A program made the translations under genes and the position numbers. Positions 41,311 to 55,274 of a DNA stretch of 64,000 nucleotides are shown in pieces (the first letter of the stretch is position 1; each line of letters begins with the position of its first letter). Source of the DNA: Priapulus caudatus (taxonomy: Eukaryota); NCBI RefSeq assembly GCF_000485595.1, contig NW_014577092.1, positions 416,200 through 480,199 of the forward strand. The letters are read 5' to 3'. The notes below the pieces were generated by a model. The model did not search any database. It was not told the DNA's origin and worked only from the letters and a program-made list of their open reading frames with translations.

Positions 41311-41756
41311 GCGCGCGTATATTTGTGCGTGCGCGTGTGTGCGCGCCGTCCTCCTCCTCCCTCACACATCCAGCGCGCTCCGCCGTGCAACCTCCAGCCT
41401 CCCACCGACCGCAGCCGGCAACTGTAACCGAGTTAACCCGTTAACGGTGCGCGTCAGCGCGCCAGCGTCTGCTAGCTTTGTTGTTTCACTCGCGGCCCCA
41501 TCGCCACGTAAACGGCTCCCACATCCGCTCAATTTAAGCCGCGCACCGCTCGCACTGTCCGCGCACTGAAAATAAATAGCCCTTCATCAGCGTCGAACAA
41601 CCAACATCCAGCCGCGCTGATGTACAGTGCACAAAATCGGATCATCTCTCGTATGTGCGTGCGTGTGTGTGCAGCTAGCGCATGCGCGCTCCCATGCGCT
41701 TATACTAATAAATGGGTTGGATACGATCATACGCTTGCTTGAAAAGACACGGAGCA

Positions 41757-41876
<120 letters not shown>

Positions 41877-43001
41877 ATGTAACACTTTCATTCCGTACAC
41901 TTTCACTGTATTCGCCCGACAACGTCGCACGTTGACAACGTTACGCTGTATGACGCAGGTTGTACGTGACGCAGATTGCACGTGACGCAGATTGCAACAA
42001 AACATGGGGCACGAGAATCCGTATATACACATTCCGTAGTAACACGACGTCTTTCCTATTTCATTTAGTATAATGACACGCGCGCCTTGTTACGCGGTGG
42101 GCTCGCGAGCACGCCCTCATTCGCTCTAGATCTATGCGCGACGTCGCCCCCACACGCGCCACAGTCCCTTTACGAGAGCGGCGGCATTATCATGTAGAGA
42201 CACCAGCAGGTTGACTGTATAGCGGCATACTCTCAAGTAAAGGCATTACAACGAAGACGCTCGAACACGTGGTGGCATTATCAGTATATAGTCACTATCA
42301 TGTGGGGGGCATTATCAGTATAGGGTCACTATCGTATAGGAACATTATCAGTATCGGGCCACTACGATAAAAGGGCATTATCAGTACATAGTCACTATCA
42401 AAATGAGACAATATCGTATATAGTCGAGAGTAGGCGAAATGGGAATATTGCCGATTCTGAGAGTAGGGGTAAATGGGAGTAGGCGAAATATCGCGCAATA
42501 AATGCATTATCTGACACATCAACGTATTATCACGTATAGGAAGGAGACTGAAGCGGTGATGTTTGCACTGTACTACGTACGTGTTCAGCACGTTTCACAT
42601 CGTTCCATCATTCATTCTACAGCGCTAGCTAGCTAGCTAGCCACGTATCATCATCAGCCGACTATGTGCGCGCGCGCGCGCTCGCAGCAAATTCAATAAT
42701 AAGGAAACCGACATCTACACATTGGCCGCGCGCGCTCTCACAAAGACCGGCAGAATACTCTCTCTCTCTCTCTGCCTTGCTGCGCGCTCTATCTCTCTCT
42801 AACACACACCGCTCTCTCTCTCTATCGCTCACTCTCTTTTTCTCTCTCTCTCGTACACACACACACCGCTCTCTCTCCCGCTATCTCTCTACCCCTTCCA
42901 GGGGTGTATCCAGGATTTTTTCTGGGTGGGTCGTGATCATAATTTTTTGGACCTTTTCACAATGAAATAGCAGCAAGATGTGATTACAATGTCAATACAA
43001 T

Positions 43002-43187
43002 CAGGGGCGTGTACAGGATTTGTACCAGGGGGGGGGTCTAACCGTAACCCAAACTTGGCAGCACGCGAAGGGGAGGTTTGGGGGGCCCTCCCCCAAGAAA
43101 AATTTTGAAATTAGACCTCCTTAGATGCGTTTTCTGCGCGAGCAGGGGGGTCCGGACCCCCTGAACCCCCCCGTGTACACGCCCCTG
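43002..43187. mobile_element. 186-bp hAT-like MITE with 5-bp TSD (nested)
   Basis: Perfect TIRs CAGGGGCGTGTACA / TGTACACGCCCCTG. TSD ACAAT on both sides. Confidence 0.85.
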
Positions 43188-43249
43188 ACAATTTAATTAA
43201 AACAAAAAAAATATGTTTCAAAAAAAAATTTATGTTTAGACTCGGTTGA

Positions 43250-45530
43250 AAACAGTTTTTTGAACTTTTTGTCTTTATCTTGTCTTGTCTTGATCTTGTC
43301 TTGTCTTTGTCTTTGTCAGTCTTTGTCTCTCTTTTATGCGTCCGTCCTCACCGCCCCCGTCGCGCGCTCCGCCGTCGCGTCCGTCGCTCTCGTGTGGTCG
43401 TTCGTCCTCGTCGTGCCGTCCGTCCGTCGTCTCGTCCTGTCTGTCTGCTCTGTCTGTGTCTGTCTGATTGTCTGTGGTATAATTCATTTCGAAATGTATC
43501 AGTAACACTTGGTCCCGGAAAGAGGAAATTGATTTTATATGTTTTTTTATTCGTCCGAGTCGTTTAAAACTCGGCAGTCGGGTTTAGTTAAGCTGAACGG
43601 GGTCAGATTGTAGTATCAGGACTCGATATGCTACCCGACCGCGGGTACTATATGTATACACAAGGTGTACCAGACTTGTACTTCACAGCAAGTGTCACAC
43701 TACCTACCTAACATAAACTAGATAACTAAATCAACCTAAAAAAATACCTGGTTAATATCTGTGTACCTTGATACGTGACAACGACCCATCTGCGTTAGTG
43801 TAAGTTCGACGCTGAAACGTCGGTTACGTCAGTGACTAGGTTGTTATTGACAAATCTCTCTGCCCGCAAGTAACCTCGGTCAGTTCAGGTTAACGGGACT
43901 CGTAATTTCAAGCCCTTGACATCATTACTGAAGGAAGCCAGGGAGAATTTCTCGCGGTAGTAGTAGGCCTGTTTCCCGCTCCTATAACTGGGTGTATTAT
44001 CTTATCGTCTCCTCGTCGTTTAGAATAGGAAGGGCGCCACGCGGGCAGATTTAGAAAGACGCCAGACAACAGGAAGGCCAGGTGACGTACGGGAGGCAGG
44101 CAGGCAGCGCCAGGCAGGCAGGCAGGCAGGACAGACAGACATGAGACGACCAGAAGACAGACACGGAAGGACGCAAAGAATGAGACAGACAAGACAGACA
44201 GAGAGACAGGACAGACAGATAGGATAGACAGAAGGACGACGAGACAGACAGAAGAGAGAGAGAGAGGAGATAGAAGGGGAGAAAAAGACGAGACGAGAGA
44301 GAGGGCAGAGAGAGATGTGCGGAGAGAGAGGACGATGAGAGGAGAGATAAACAGAGGGCATCAGCAGTTTCCGTTGGATTCGTAGGTATTCACGAGCGGC
44401 TCGAGATTTGACGTTAGAACGTGATTCTGCGACGCGCCGGGTACATTGATAGCAATCGAGTGTTGACTCGGTATATGTATCTTAGTTGATTTAATGGGAT
44501 TCTGTATAGATTATAATATATATATATATATATATTTATTATATATATTATTTACATAGAAATGGCCGCCGTCACTTTAGCAGCACGGCGGACATGGACA
44601 AGCTTGTCAGAGACGGCGAGTCATCGGCTCGAGTAGAAAACACCCCGAACACATACTCGCTACGGAATATTTTTCGTAATTTCTTGCCGTGTACGTGCAT
44701 GTCAGGTTCTGCGACACGAATTACATACTAGACATATACTGTCTCTTACCTCCCCCTCTCTTTATTCTTATACCATTATATATTTATATATATTATATAT
44801 ATTATATTATTATCTATATAATAATAATTATATATATATTAAATTTAATAATTTTACTATTATTATTTGTGTGTTATGTGTGTGGCGTGGTGTGTGTCGC
44901 GTGGTGTGTGTTGGTGTGTGCGCATGTGTGCGCGGTGGTGACGTAACTGTGACGCGGTGGGCCTTGTGGTGTGCGCACGGTGCTTTAGAGTGCGTGCCGT
45001 ATAGTATAGATTCGATGCGTGTGGCGCTATAACAGCTAAGAAAATGATTGTCACAAGCAGCAGATTTAGTTGAATCGTCGTGGCTTGACACAGGAACTGC
45101 ATAGGTACAAAACGTCTGCTCAAACGTTTTTTTTTAACCGCCGATTGTCAGTTACACCGCGCGCGGCATAGATTTTTCCTAGCAGGGACGATTCATAGCC
45201 GGTCGGGCATAGCTTGGTATCGCAGGCTGGAGGTTCAGGAGAAGATTGCTATTAGGCGTCGTTCGTGTCGACTATGAGTGAATATTTCGTTGTCGGTCGT
45301 CACCAGCGACTGCGCGAGGATTCTTGTCAGTGTTGGTGTCTCGCGGCCAGATTCGAGAATGACCTGTTCAGCCAGCATCCATGATGAGTGTCGCCACAGA
45401 GTCATGCTGCTCGGTGAATAACTTAAACTTCGATAGCCCGCAATGGGCCATATTCGGAGATATGCGGCGCGTTAGGAGCGGTGGATTGCGTATACTCAAA
45501 ACACTTACATCGCGCACGCGGGCTAGATAA
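43250..45530 (+). repeat. Indel-rich copy of 47450-49680 (probable gap-fill artefact)
   Basis: Shared anchors in both copies: ttattcgtccgagtcgtttaaaa, gactcgtaatttcaagccct, gccgtgtacgtgcatgtcaggttctgc. Confidence 0.85.
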
Positions 45531-46299
45531 ATTCTAGATCTATTGCTTCATGCTAGATAAATTTCACGCCTGTAGCTTAGCACACAGGCACGCACACGTA
45601 CCGCACGCACGCGCGCACACGCGCACACACATATATTATATATATATATATTAGGATAATGTATATGAAATCGAGGTTTGTTTATCCAGGTACAAGAAAA
45701 TCTCATAAAATAGTTTACAGCGCTGTATACATAACAAGGCTAAAGGATTCGGCACGCTGTTCTGGGGTGCAACGCCCTTCACTCGGCTAGTCACAGCTCG
45801 TGTTTCATACCAGGTCGTATCTAGTTTTATTTTGTGATTTGACTGCGGTATGCTATATCCGTATAGTATTTATGTGTGGTGTATAATATATTATATATAT
45901 ATATATATAGTTATATATATATATTTTATTAGTATATATATTATATATACTATTATATATTATAGAGACGAGAGACGGAGCGAGGAGAGACGAGAGACGG
46001 AGAGAGAGAGCAGCGTGAGGATAGGAGAGTGAAAGAAAAAATGAGAGAAAGAGCCGAGGCGCGAGGAATGAGGAAAGGGCACAGACAGACGCCAGCAAGC
46101 TGGCAGTCAGGGCTCGCACGCACCAGCACGTACGCAGCTAGGCCACTGCACGCACAGCGATAATAACTAGTNNNNNNNNNNNNNNNNNNNNNNNNNACAA
46201 ATTTTGTTTCAAAAAAAGGCTCAGTGTTCAGAAATTGCTGAATTGGATAGATTTACGTCACGCAATTGGCAATGTCTTTGGACTCATTGCTGGTACCTG

Positions 46300-46994
46300 G
46301 GGCCCGTTGTCAGAAACATCGTAAAGTTAATGCTAAAGTTAATGCTACGATAACATTACGACTAATGCTAATGTTGCGAGACCTACGTTGACAGAAACAC
46401 ATCCGCAGCTATTAGAAACTTACGATAACAGGACTTCATCACAAGGCTGCTGATTGCGATGAGAATCAATCACAAATTCAAATTCATACACATTTATTGG
46501 ACATCACAAGTAATTTATGCATATTATGATGGCTAACAACATATAAATAATATTTGATGAAACAACGACGTGGTCATGAATTAATTCTGCACAACAAGCC
46601 AAATTCTCACACTGTAACGCGAGACGCGAGAGTCGTCGGCAAGCGTGGAAAACCTTTAGAAACAAGAGAACAAATGCCATACGCCATTTGTAAATGTATT
46701 GTTTGTTTTATTAGCGGTAGATAATTAATGATTTTGACGTGTTTTTCAAGAAAACACACATTTTATTCATTATTTAAAATATAATATCACTATAATTGTA
46801 ATTCGTAGTGTAAATGTGTTATTTTTCAACTTTATATTAAAGTTACGAGAGGGTCTGAGCTCTCGTAATGTTATGAGGCATTTGCGACGGATTTTTCGTT
46901 TTCGTAACCTTACGATGTTTTTGTCAACGGTTTACGAGTGGAAGTTAATGGTAAACTAATGTTTGCGACTAATTTTGTTTCTGACAACGGCCCC
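46300..46994 (+). mobile_element. Intact 695-bp PIF/Harbinger-like MITE
   Basis: TIRs GGGCCCGTTGTCAGAAAC / GTTTCTGACAACGGCCCC with 3-bp TSD CTG (46297-46299, 46995-46997). GGG termini and 3-bp CWG TSDs are typical of animal Harbinger elements. Confidence 0.85.
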
Positions 46995-47141
46995 CTGATC
47001 TTTTTTCATTTATGTCATTGTAAAAGGCCCTCGAAAAAAAGTCTTGGAAAAAATGTGGACCTTTTAAAATTTTTGGGGACCCCTCACGACCCCCCCCCCC
47101 CTCCCTGCATACACCCATGCCTTCCTCGCTCGCTCGCGGCG

Positions 47142-47174
<33 letters not shown>

Positions 47175-47193
47175 TCTCTCTCTCCCTCTCTCG

Positions 47194-47269
<76 letters not shown>

Positions 47270-47590
47270 CTCTCCCTCGCTCTCGATCTCTCTCCTCGCC
47301 CACTCTTCCTCTCTTTCAATCTCTCTCCCTCACTCACTACGAATCATTCTCTCTCCCTCGCAGCTTTCTTCTCCCTCTCTCTTTCTCTGCCAATCGCTGT
47401 TTCGTACGTTATCTATCGCCCGCCGCCCGCCTGCCTGCCTGCCTGCCTTCATGCCTGCCTGCCTGCCCTGCCTGCCTGGCTGCCTGCCTGCCTGCCTGCC
47501 TGCCCAGCCTGCCTGTCTGTCTGTCTGCTTGCCCGCCTCCTGCCTGAGCGTCGCCCGCCCGTCCGTCCGTCCGTCCGTCCGTCCGCTCTG

Positions 47591-47623
<33 letters not shown>

Positions 47624-47859
47624 GCCCGACCGCCCGTCCGTCCGCCGTCCGCCGCCCGTCCGTCCGTCCGTCCGTCGTCCGTCCGTCCGTCCGTCCGTCC
47701 GTCTGTCTGTCTGTCTGTCTGTCTGTGTCTGTCTGTCTGTCTAGTGGTATAATTTCATTGAAATGTAATAATAACAACTGGCGGGAAAGAGAAATAATTT
47801 CTATTATGATTTTATTCGTCCGAGTCGTTTAAAAACTGGCAGTGGTTAGTTAAGCTGAA

Positions 47860-48037
47860 GGGGTCGTTGTCGTATCAGGTACTACAGATATGTACCCGAG
47901 GTACATATATGTATACACAAAGTGTACCAGACTTGTACTACAGAAGTGTACCCTAACCCTATAAACATAAACATAATACTAAACAACCTAAAACTACCTC
48001 GGTACATATCTGTAGTACCTGATACGACAACGACCCC
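47860..48037. mobile_element. 178-bp foldback MITE with ~43-bp arms and an internal CCCTAA-like tract
   Basis: GGGGTCGTTGTCGTATCAGGTACTACAGATATGTACC and its reverse complement ending at 48037. The interior contains ccctaaccct. Confidence 0.8.
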
Positions 48038-48377
48038 ATCTGCGTTAGTTAAGTTGACGCTGAAAGTCAGGTAGTCCACGTGACTAGTTGTTACTGCAAT
48101 CTACTCGCCGCAAGTAAACCTGGTAGTTTCAGATTAACGGACTCGTAATTTCAAGCCCTGACATCATTATGAAGGAAGCCAGGGAGAATTTCGCGGTTAG
48201 GCCTGGTTTCCCGCTCCTCATACACGGCTGTTATCTACGTCTCCCTAGTCGTTAAGAAATAGAGAGGGCGCACGCGCGGCAGATAGACAAGCAGACACAG
48301 ACAAACAGGAAGGCAGGCTGGTAAGCAGGCAGCAGGCAGGCAGGAGGCAGCAGGCAGGCAGGACAGAACAGACACTG

Positions 48378-48434
<57 letters not shown>

Positions 48435-48437
48435 CTG

Positions 48438-48479
<42 letters not shown>

Positions 48480-48545
48480 GACAAGACAGACAGCACAGAC
48501 AGAGACAGAGACAAGAGGAGAGAGAGAGAGAGAGAGAGAGATAGA

Positions 48546-48602
<57 letters not shown>

Positions 48603-48752
48603 ACAGAGGGCATCCACGCGGTATCCGTGATTCGTGGTATCCACGCGCCGCTCGAGATTTGACGTTCAGAAACTGATCTGGCGCGCGGCTACATGATGCA
48701 ATGAGATGTGATCGTATATCGTATCTAGTTATTCTTAAATTATTCTGATAGA

Positions 48753-48788
<36 letters not shown>

Positions 48789-51619
48789 CATAGACATGCG
48801 TCACGCCTCCTTAAGCAGCACGGGCGGACATCGACAGCTGTCAGAGACGGCGAGTCGGTTCGAGTAGAAAACACCCCACAGAACACATAATCGCTACGGC
48901 AACATATTTGTCGTAATTACTGCCGTGTACGTGCATGTCAGGTTCTGCACAGCATCTACATACAGACTATACTGTCTCTTACTCCCCCTCTCTTCATTCT
49001 ATATATAATTATATATATATATATATATATATATAATTATATATATATATATATATATATAATATAAATTTATATAATTTATTTTATATGTGTGGCGCGT
49101 GTGTGTTGCGTGCGTGCGCGTGTGTGGTGTGTGCGCATTGTGTGGCGCGCGTGTGCGTACGTGCGTGCTTGTGTGTGCGCACGTGCTTGAGTGCGTGTGC
49201 GTACGTACGTTCATGCGTGTGCGTATAACAGAGCGATTTTTACAAAGCAGCAGTTTAGTTGCAATCGTCCGTGCTTGACACAAGGAACTCCTAGGTACAA
49301 ACGCTAGCATCCAATTAACCGCCGTTTCCAGTTACCGCGCGGCCAAGATTTTTCACTAAGCAGGCGATTCAGCCCGGCTACGGCATAGTGGTACTGCAGC
49401 TGAGGTCAGAGGAAGATGCTATTCGTCCTTCGTGTCACTATATAATATTCGTTGTCGGTCGTCACCCCGCGACTCGCGAGGCATCTCTCATTTGTGTCTC
49501 GCGGCCCAGATTCGAGAATGCATGTTCAGCAGCATCCATGAGAGGTTCGCCACCAGAGTCCTCTGCTCGTGAAATTAACTTCGATAGCCGAATGGCACCA
49601 TTCGAGAATGCCGGCGGCGTAGCGAGGGTGCATCTCGTATACTGCACACACTTCCCGCGCACGCGAGGCTTAGAGTAAATTCTATATTTTACGGCTCCGT
49701 GCTATAAGCAGTAAAGGGAGTTCGTGTAGCATCGACAAAGGTACGTAAATGTTGGCGCAGCGTTATCGTCGTATTGTTCTCGTTACATTAGAGCATCTGG
49801 ATCGGTTCTTCGTCCTCGAAAACAAATGCCAACGAACGCACGAGGGGTTCGTGGTCGCTTTCCCGAAACGCCTATATAAATTATAGGTTACGTTAGTTTC
49901 ACAGACAAACACAGACAGCATCACGCCTTACAGGCACGTGAACAACGGCGCCACTTTGCATTAAAATGCCTATGAACTCCATAGCGACGTGTCTGCTCGT
50001 TTCCACTATAGAAGTAATGTCTGTACGCGTGTGCGTTGTCAAGAATCGTCTCACGCCACGGTCATCGTTACATAAACCTTCGTTCCATTTCGAACGCGGT
50101 TTCACGTGATCACGCAAAGACTCCAGCGTTATAGTCGTGTCTTCACAGCACGAGCATAACGCAGCAGCAACTCATCAGTGATGAATCGAAATTGCACATA
50201 AACGCATAATTCATAATAACGTCACCTGACATGCCGTCAGCGTTCTTCACGAAAACGCATGACGACGTACATGACTGTACGTCGTACTGATGTACTGACG
50301 TACGATGTATTACATCACAAACAGCTCGTATTCATCTCGTCCACAGTTATTCATATTACGATATTACCTCTACAGGATTCATAATTTAAATCTACATGAT
50401 CGTTTTCCCCTTCTTGGCTCCCGCAGATTTGGTTATCGTACTGGTTTTTTTATTCTGTAACGCTACCCTTATGCTAGACAGAGAAAGCTATGTAACAGTG
50501 CTAAGTAACAATAGTTGCTTGTTTCTAAAATTATCAGTAATCGCCAATTATATCAAAATTTCTCATCGATATTTTGTTATCGTAAATGGTAAAGCACTAA
50601 TACTATATCATTCATCAGACGTGTACACACAATCCTTTGTTATACCTAAGGTTATCTACCTCGTTCTATCTAGAAATTGTTTATAATAGCCAAGCCTTGC
50701 CCTAATATTTTATTATCCCTGGTATGTCTGAATGCCTCCATGTTAGTGGCCTGGTTAGATAGTATAGAATGGCTTTGTTCAATCAACTTGCGTCTATAAC
50801 TAGTAGTACAGTGTGGGCACATGTACATACCCCGCAACGAACGAACGCAGTGAACATACGCGCTATGAGCTATAGCTCTTTACCTATAGCTACCTACAAA
50901 CCTACCTACCTACCGGGCTTTTGTCATCAATCATCACTCAACGAGTTATTAGTTAGAGAAGATAAGAAGTCGCGGTGCGTCTAACGTGGCAGGGGCTACT
51001 GACCCTACCCAACACACTTGCTCTCTAGCGAAGGTCGCAGTACGCTCTCGGCACGCATCTTATCTCGCCACGGCCGATCTTTGCCGAAAATTCACGGAGT
51101 TTCTTCGGCGCGGTTGATGTTAATATTGACCGTGATTGACGTGCTGTTAGTAACATTCGATTGGTTCTCTGCCCGATGATATTTCCCGATTCGGGGGGAT
51201 TATGAGCAGCATAGCGGGCACTGTTCTGCCTTCTCAAAAAGCTTACCGAATTTAAAAGCTACGGGGGAATTTGCGAGCAATTCAGAACATTTTACGAAGT
51301 CGAACGAATGCCCGGTAAAAACGATTCGTTTTAACGCCATGACACGCAAGCGATATCCTTGATTTTTGATTCGTAATTAAATTCTAAACTGATGCAATGA
51401 TCGCATTCTGTGAGCATTACTCCCGCACTACGCTATCAGACCAGTAGTACCACAACACTACGCGACCATCAACATCGTGGCTGCATGCTCGCTGATATCA
51501 CGCCAGATCTACGCATGCAAAATGTAAATAATATGTAAATACTAAATGTCGATTTCGTCACTGCACTAAATATCCACATCAAGATATATATCGTATATAT
51601 CGTGGCGAGTGTACTACTA

Positions 51620-51975
51620 ACTCAGTGCCAAGCCAATATTACTCCAGTACTATACACTGGTAATACGCCAGTTTTGCTACGCCATTGTATTTGTGCTCGC
51701 ACTACGCCAGTATTACACGAGTGTCACATTAATACTATTCCGGTATTACGTCAGTGCTAGGTTAGTACCATGACAGTATCACGCCAGTACTACATTGTTA
51801 GTGCGCCGGTATTGCGTCAATACTAATTTAGTACCACGTCAGCGTCACACGAGTACCACATAAGTAGCGCCGAATGCATTACTTTAGTACCACCTCAGTA
51901 ATACGCAAGTACTACATTAGTAGTGCCGGTATTGTGCCAATACTACTTTAGTACCACGTCAGTACTACGCGAGTA
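51620..51975. repeat. Degenerate 11-bp-unit array (AGTACTACGCC-like)
   Basis: Recurrent agtactac/agtattac/agtaccac motifs at about 11-bp period. Confidence 0.7.
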
Positions 51976-52429
51976 TGCCGCAGCCGCGTACAGCGCTGCT
52001 TCATGTTAGGTCCCGTATGTACGTACGCACGCGAGCACAGCGCGCATTTTTCCGTGCTGCAGAAAATACGCAGTATCGATTTTGCCGCTCGCGCTGATAT
52101 TACTCGCATATAATCTGATTTGATGGCTTTGAAAGGTCAAAATTATAATGACTTGGTTATTATTGCAGAGCAAAATAGCGTCCTAGGCGAATAAGTGCAT
52201 GAGCGTGGAGTATATAGTAGTATCGCCGCTAGAATCGTTGGGAAAGCGGAGAGGGGAGAAAGAGTGAGAGACTAACGATTTGCCGACACGGCAGTCGGGG
52301 CTAGTAACTGAATGGAATTTGTTACAATAATATTTACCTGGCGGCTTTATTTACAAACGGGAATCGAGAAACAAGTCCCCGCGCATAACTATGTGCGCGC
52401 GTGCGTGTGTGCGTGCACGTGTGATGTGC

Positions 52430-52490
<61 letters not shown>

Positions 52491-53528
52491 CTGTCTCTCT
52501 CTTGCTCTCTCTCGCTCTCTATCTCTCTTTCTCTATCCATCTTAGCTATCTCTATCTCTCGCTATCCCGCTTCATCTCTCTCGTGTGCTCACGCTCGCTC
52601 TCGCTGTCTCTCTCTATCCTCGTTTGTGGACAAATCCATACCGAAATCTGCCTGCCGTCCCCGCACCTCTGACACGCTTGCACATCAACACATCAGCGGT
52701 CACCCCTCCGCCTCGCGCCGACTTGGTACGTCCCGGGCACAATTCAATATTATGCAACACAATATTACGGTCAACCGCGCGCAAATCTGCCGCGGCACCG
52801 TACGTGAAACCGCGCTTATCCACCTACAGTACTTACTACACACAACAGTGGCGCACAAAAACACGCAGCGTACGAACGTAGCGAGACGAGAAGAAATCGG
52901 CGCGTACTCACGGTGCGCTGGCGATGTCAGTAACAACAGCTCCGTCGCGCCGCGCTGCCACACACCGTCTAACGCCGACCGCCAGCCAGCGTGCTGCAAT
53001 TTACATTGCTGATGCGGAAATCGGCGCAGTATCCGACACGTGACCGCGCGGCGGCCAATCGCGCGCCGCCTACGTCACCGTCTTTTATTGTCCCTCGGAA
53101 CAGGCGCAAATAAACGCGCATTTCGACATAAATTCCGCCTGCGGGCAGTGGAAGGGGATGCGGAGTAGGGGCAAAGCGAGAGGGAGAGAATAAGAGAGGG
53201 AGAGAGGGGAGAGAAATGGCGTGTACACGTGACAGGCAGATAGGGGAGAACGAAAGAGCGCGCGCGATCGAGATAGATAGATATGGATACGTAGAAGAGA
53301 GGGAAAGAGGAAGAGGCAAAATTGGGACAAGGGGAAGGTAGAGACAGATAGGCAGAGAAAGAGGAGCAGCGAGACAGATGGTGAAAGCGATGCCGATGGG
53401 GAGAGAGCGAGAGAGAGAGAGAGAGCGAGAGCGTCAGAGAGCGATCGAGAGATCGGACGAGAAGGCAGATAGAGAAAGAGAGAAGAGGAAAGAATCAGAG
53501 CGAGCGAGAGAGAGGGGGAAAGAAAGAA

Positions 53529-53567
<39 letters not shown>

Positions 53568-53851
53568 GGGGGGGGGGAGAGCGCAAGCGAGAGAGATAGA
53601 GTAGGAGAGAGAGGAAGCGAAACAGACAGAGAAAGGGAGAGAGTGGACGCGAAAGAAGGAGACAGGGAGAGAGGGGAGAGAAGAGAGGGGAGAGATACAG
53701 GGAAGAGAGAGAGTGCGAGAGCGAGAAAGCGAGAGAGAGGGAAAGGGAAGAGGCGAGCGCGAGCGCGAGGCGAGGGCGAGAGATAGGGACAGAGAAAGGG
53801 AAGAGCGTGAGCGAGAGAGGGAGAGAGGAGAGAGAGAGAGGAGAGGAGAGA

Positions 53852-53894
<43 letters not shown>

Positions 53895-55233
53895 TGCTAG
53901 CATCTTAGCGCGAGTGTTAGATCTAGCAGCGAGCAGTGGCCGAGTGAAGGCAGCTAGCTCTGGGCACGCTCGCTATTTACTCATCGCGCCGCGGCGTGAC
54001 TAAGTTTATTTTCGGAGCCGTGTGATGTACGCATGCGGTCGCTTTGCGGATACCAGCGCTCGTCGAGTCGCGCGAGCTTCTGCGCCGCTGCATAAACGCC
54101 ATTAGTCACAGAGCAAAGCTTACCTAGTGCATGTCACTTACGCTGATAAGCGCGGCGGCAGGCTTGTATATACGACCGGCAGCTATAGGAACCGTAAAAG
54201 CTATATGTAAACGCGAGAGATTCAATCCACTCGCATGTAGAGTACGCTCGGACTATCTATATGGTCTGGCCTATATATTAATTCTAACTATATATACCGC
54301 GTGGATTAACCTTACTCAATAAATTATACCGATCCCTCGGCGAGACGTGCACTATACACTCGCTTTGCCCAGGCTGTGGTATATATGTATGTATATATAT
54401 ATATATATTATATATTATATATTTGCGGTATGCAGGATCGCAGAAATCTATGAGCGGATCTAGCATCTGTGACGTATATATATAGCGTCGTAATATTAAT
54501 CAGGCCGAGCCGATTCATCAAACAGCTCAACAGCAGCAGAGCAGCAGTAGCAGCAGGCAGTAGCAGCAGCAGTAGCAGTAGCAGCAGCAGCAGTAGTAGT
54601 AGTAGTAGCTAGTAGTAGTAGTAGTAAGTAGTAGTAGTAGTAGTTAGTAGTAAGTAGTAAGCAACAGCAAGCAACAGGCAAGCAGCAGGCAGCAGCAAGC
54701 AGCAGCAGCAGTTAGTAGTAGTTAGGTAGCCAGCAGCAGCAGCAGGCAGCAGCAGTAGTAGTAAAAGTAGTAGGAAGCAAAAGCAGCAGCAGCAAGCAGT
54801 AGAGAAGCACAGCAGCAGCAGCAGCAACAAGCAGCCAAGCAGAACAGCAGCACAGCAGGCAGCGTGGAGGAGGAGGGCGATGGTCACCATGCTCTCTACT
54901 ATCATGCAGGATGTCGCAGCAACAGGAGGGTGTAACCCACATCCTACTACTGGACAGGAAACGTTCACGGTGACGTAGGTAAACTGCCGGCCGGCAATAG
55001 CCGGCAGAGCACCTGTTATCTCCCACATTAGAAATTTAGGGCTGGATACCCTATCGTACGTTCCCGATTACGAAAGAACGAAAAGAAGAGAGAGAGAGAA
55101 GAGAGAGAGAGAGAGCGAGAAAGAGAGAGAGAGAGATATGCAGACACACACACACACCACACACACGCACACACGCACAGCCAAACGTTGGCCACCGCCG
55201 CGGCACGCAGCAGACGCGCACTGCGCGGACGCA
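52430..55233 (+). repeat. Additional copy of ~35400-38520
   Basis: Colinear unique anchors shared with 35600-38500 and 57400-60150. It ends at an N gap. Confidence 0.9.
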
Positions 55234-55274
55234 NNNNNNNNNNNNNNNNNNNNNNNNNCAGACCAGAGAATATG

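Larger units (their letters stand above)
42899..47119. mobile_element. hAT-like MITE with 5-bp TSD (outer element of a nest)
   Basis: TIRs CAGGGGTGTATCCAGG / CCTGCATACACCCATG (14/16 match). TSD CCTTC at 42894-42898 and 47120-47124. Confidence 0.75.
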
